A stretch of 50,481 nt of DNA from Eubacteriales bacterium (lineage in GTDB: Bacteria > Bacillota > Clostridia > Oscillospirales > CAG-272). A model generated the notes under the pieces. The model was not told where the DNA came from, ran no database searches, and was given only the letters and a program-made list of their open reading frames with translations. A program made the translations under genes and the position numbers. Below, piece after piece: positions 48,166 to 50,481 of the stretch. Where the stretch lies: NCBI GenBank assembly GCA_045532805.1, contig JAZSGQ010000023.1, positions 1 to 50,481 on the forward strand. Reading direction: 5' to 3'. Position 1 is the stretch's first letter; every line of letters begins with the position of its first letter.

Positions 48166-48555
48166 ATGAACAAGAAAATTTTGGTCCTGTTGCTCACTCT
48201 TTGCCTTACCTTCTCTCTGTTTACTCTGGCCGTTGGTGCCGAGGACGGTACGGGTGTGTTCGGAACGAACATGTCCACCTTCACCTTCGTGTCGCTGGTA
48301 GTCGCAGCGGCGCTGATCGTGCTGGTCGTTGTCCTTTGCATCATCAAGCGCGAGGCCGTTGGCGAAGCGCTGAAGGCGTACAAGAGTGAGATGAAGAAGA
48401 TCACCTGGTATTCCTGGAAGAACGTTGTCCGCGGAACCGTGTTCGTACTGGTTTCCGTTCTCGTGATCGCAGTTGTTGTAGGTCTTTTGGACATCGTATT
48501 CTTTGAAGCACAGCATTTGCTTACCGGAACCGGATTCTCTTTCTTTGGGAACTAA
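48166..48555 (+). CDS. secE: Preprotein translocase SecE with N-terminal extension
   Basis: KSEMKKITWYSWKNVVRGT plus TM helix; position between rpmG and nusG. Confidence 0.88.
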   Translation: MNKKILVLLLTLCLTFSLFTLAVGAEDGTGVFGTNMSTFTFVSLVVAAALIVLVVVLCIIKREAVGEALKAYKSEMKKITWYSWKNVVRGTVFVLVSVLVIAVVVGLLDIVFFEAQHLLTGTGFSFFGN

Positions 48556-48558
48556 GCA

Positions 48559-49122
48559 ATGAGCAACATCAATGAGATGAACGTTGGCCCGAGATGGTAT
48601 GTGGCGCACACCTACTCCGGTTACGAAAACAAAATCAAAACCAGCCTGGAAAAGGTGATCGAGAACAAGGGTCTTCAGGATCTGTTCTTCGACATTCAGA
48701 TCCCGGTTGAGATCACCATTGAGAAAAAGGGCGACGTGGAGAAAGAGGTTGAAACCAAACTCTTCCCCTGCTACGTCTACATCAAGATGGTGATGAACGA
48801 CGACACCTGGCACGCCGTGCGTAACATTCAGGGTGTCACGGGCTTTGTGGGCCCCGGATCCCGCCCCACTCCCATCTCCGAAGAGGAGGTGCGCGCGCTC
48901 GGTCTTGAGGGTGGCAGCGATGCAGCCGCCGAAAAGCAGATCTCGCTCTCCTTCAAGGAAGGCGACAGCGTTGTTGTCACCACCGGCCTTTTCGAGGGAT
49001 ACAACGGCATTGTGCAGGCCATTTCCGACGACCGTACCATGGTAACGGTTCTCGTCAAGCGCGGCCGCCGCGATATGCCTGTTGAGCTTGAGGCCTCCTG
49101 CCTCCAGCTCGAGAATGCTTGA
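48559..49122 (+). CDS. nusG: Transcription elongation factor NusG
   Basis: WYVAHTYSGYENK, GVTGFVG, C-terminal KOW domain. Confidence 0.96.
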   Translation: MSNINEMNVGPRWYVAHTYSGYENKIKTSLEKVIENKGLQDLFFDIQIPVEITIEKKGDVEKEVETKLFPCYVYIKMVMNDDTWHAVRNIQGVTGFVGPGSRPTPISEEEVRALGLEGGSDAAAEKQISLSFKEGDSVVVTTGLFEGYNGIVQAISDDRTMVTVLVKRGRRDMPVELEASCLQLENA

Positions 49123-49167
49123 GATCGGCAAACAGATCTTAGTGCCGCAACAACGGCGCGTATCATC

Positions 49168-49209
49168 GTGGGAGGGAGAAAATACTGTATTCTCCCGTAT
49201 CGTACCACA
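49168..49209 (+). promoter_or_regulatory. L1-binding leader of rplK-rplA
   Basis: GTGGGAGGGAGAA...TTCTCCC...ACCAC hairpin just before the rplK RBS, as in Bacillota L11/L1 leaders. Confidence 0.7.
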
Positions 49210-49226
49210 TAGGAGGTTATATTAAA

Positions 49227-49652
49227 ATGGCTAAGAAAGTAATGGGTTATATCAAGCTGCAGCTTCCCGCAGGCAAGGCAACCCCTCAGCCCCCCGTAGG
49301 CCCTGCTCTGGGTCAGTACGGTGTGGCTATCCCCGTGTTCACCAAGGAATTCAACGAGCGTACCAAGAACGATATGGGTCTTATCATCCCCGTTGTCATC
49401 ACGGTTTACGCTGACCGTTCCTTCACCTTCATCACCAAGACTCCTCCCGCTCCCGTTCTGATCAAGAAGGCCGCCGGCATCGAGACTGCTTCCGCAGTTC
49501 CGAACAAGACCAAGGTTGCCAAGATCACCAAGGAGCAGGTCAAGAAGATCGCAGAAACCAAGATGCCCGATCTCAATGCCGGCTCTGTTGAGGCCGCTAT
49601 GAGCATGATCGCAGGCACCGCCCGTAGCATGGGCGTCGAAGTGGTTGACTAA
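49227..49652 (+). CDS. rplK: 50S ribosomal protein L11
   Basis: [28 protein letters not shown]. Confidence 0.98.
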   Translation: MAKKVMGYIKLQLPAGKATPQPPVGPALGQYGVAIPVFTKEFNERTKNDMGLIIPVVITVYADRSFTFITKTPPAPVLIKKAAGIETASAVPNKTKVAKITKEQVKKIAETKMPDLNAGSVEAAMSMIAGTARSMGVEVVD

Positions 49653-49666
49653 GGAGGGAGTACACA

Positions 49667-50353
49667 ATGGGAAAGAAGTATATTGACAGCGTAAAGCTGA
49701 TTGAAAAGAACAGACTGTATGATCCCTCCGAGGCACTTGCACTCGTTTGCGAGACCTCCAAGGCAAAGTTCGACGAGACCATCGAGATCCACGTTCGTCT
49801 TGGCGTTGACTCCCGTCACGCTGACCAGCAGGTTCGTGGTGCCGTCGTGCTCCCCAACGGTACCGGTAAGAAGGTACGCACCCTGGTTCTGACCAAGGGC
49901 GACAAGGTTGAGGCCGCTAAGGCCGCCGGCGCTGATTACGTCGGTGATATGGAGTACGTTGACAAGATCATGAAGGAGAACTGGTTCGAGTTCGACGTTG
50001 TGATCGCAAGCCCTGATATGATGGGTCTGGTCGGCCGTATGGGTAAGGTTCTGGGTCCCAAGGGCCTAATGCCCAACCCCAAGGCAGGCACCGTTACCCC
50101 CGACGTGGCTCGTGCCGTTACCGAGGCTAAGGCCGGTAAGATCGAGTACCGTTTGGACAAGACCAACATCATTCACTGCCCCATCGGCAAGGCTTCCTTC
50201 GGCGCCGAGAAGCTCGCAGAGAACTTCAACACGCTGATGACCGCCATCATCAAGGCAAAGCCCGCCGCTGCAAAGGGTCAGTATATCAAGAGCTGTGTCG
50301 TGGCTTCCACCATGGGCCCCGGCATCAAGGTCAACCAAGCAAAGCTGGGCTGA
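49667..50353 (+). CDS. rplA: 50S ribosomal protein L1
   Basis: [34 protein letters not shown]. Confidence 0.98.
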   Translation: MGKKYIDSVKLIEKNRLYDPSEALALVCETSKAKFDETIEIHVRLGVDSRHADQQVRGAVVLPNGTGKKVRTLVLTKGDKVEAAKAAGADYVGDMEYVDKIMKENWFEFDVVIASPDMMGLVGRMGKVLGPKGLMPNPKAGTVTPDVARAVTEAKAGKIEYRLDKTNIIHCPIGKASFGAEKLAENFNTLMTAIIKAKPAAAKGQYIKSCVVASTMGPGIKVNQAKLG

Positions 50354-50375
50354 TTTTCAAAACGCTCGTACAGCA

Positions 50376-50409
50376 AACGGCCGTGTGGATCATACCGCAC
50401 GGTCGTTTT
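50376..50409 (+). terminator. Intrinsic terminator after rplA
   Basis: AACGGCCGTGTGG...CCGCACGGTCGTTTT. Confidence 0.7.
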
Positions 50410-50438
50410 CACTTTGACTGACAGGAAAGGAACAGACT

Positions 50439-50481
50439 ATGAAATTTTTAAAGACGCTCCCCGGCATCGCGCTTTCGGTTG
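50439..50481 (+). CDS. 5' fragment of a probable membrane protein (MKFLKTLPGIALSV...), cut by the window end
   Basis: AAAGGA RBS and ATG50439; hydrophobic start; does not resemble L10. Confidence 0.45.
   Translation, partial: MKFLKTLPGIALSV

Overview
GC-rich chromosomal window from a Clostridia-like (Bacillota) bacterium; almost all genes are on the + strand. In order: a membrane protein, a repeat-rich spacer with tRNA-Val(CAC) and tRNA-Pro(TGG), nth, proX and a PHP/discoidin metallohydrolase; a ZMP/ZTP-riboswitch-led purine operon (purE-C-F-M-N, IMP cyclohydrolase, purH, purD, purL, fhs); an ECF sigma factor coupled to a ~1550-aa membrane-anchored leucine-rich-repeat protein; a pyrimidine operon (pyrC, carB, pyrK, pyrD, pyrF, pyrE, pyrB); a lipoprotein and a ymdB/flavin reductase/ACT/DUF711 operon; an origin-type block (DnaA-box-like cluster, mnmG, rsmG, noc-like gene, four parS sites, parA, parB, serS); an acyl-CoA ligase; and rpmG-secE-nusG-rplK-rplA. 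No CRISPR array, prophage or transposase is seen. Best novelty candidates: (1) the ECF sigma/LRR putative anti-sigma receptor pair; (2) signs of glutamine-independent entry into both nucleotide pathways (PurF lacks its catalytic Cys1; carB has no carA); (3) a TATAA-N7-TTATA palindrome at both the pur and pyr promoters; (4) a duplicated tRNA trailer that is antisense to the tRNA 3' end; (5) a Noc-like protein lacking the GERR CTP-binding motif. All calls come from reading the sequence by eye; no database searches were run.
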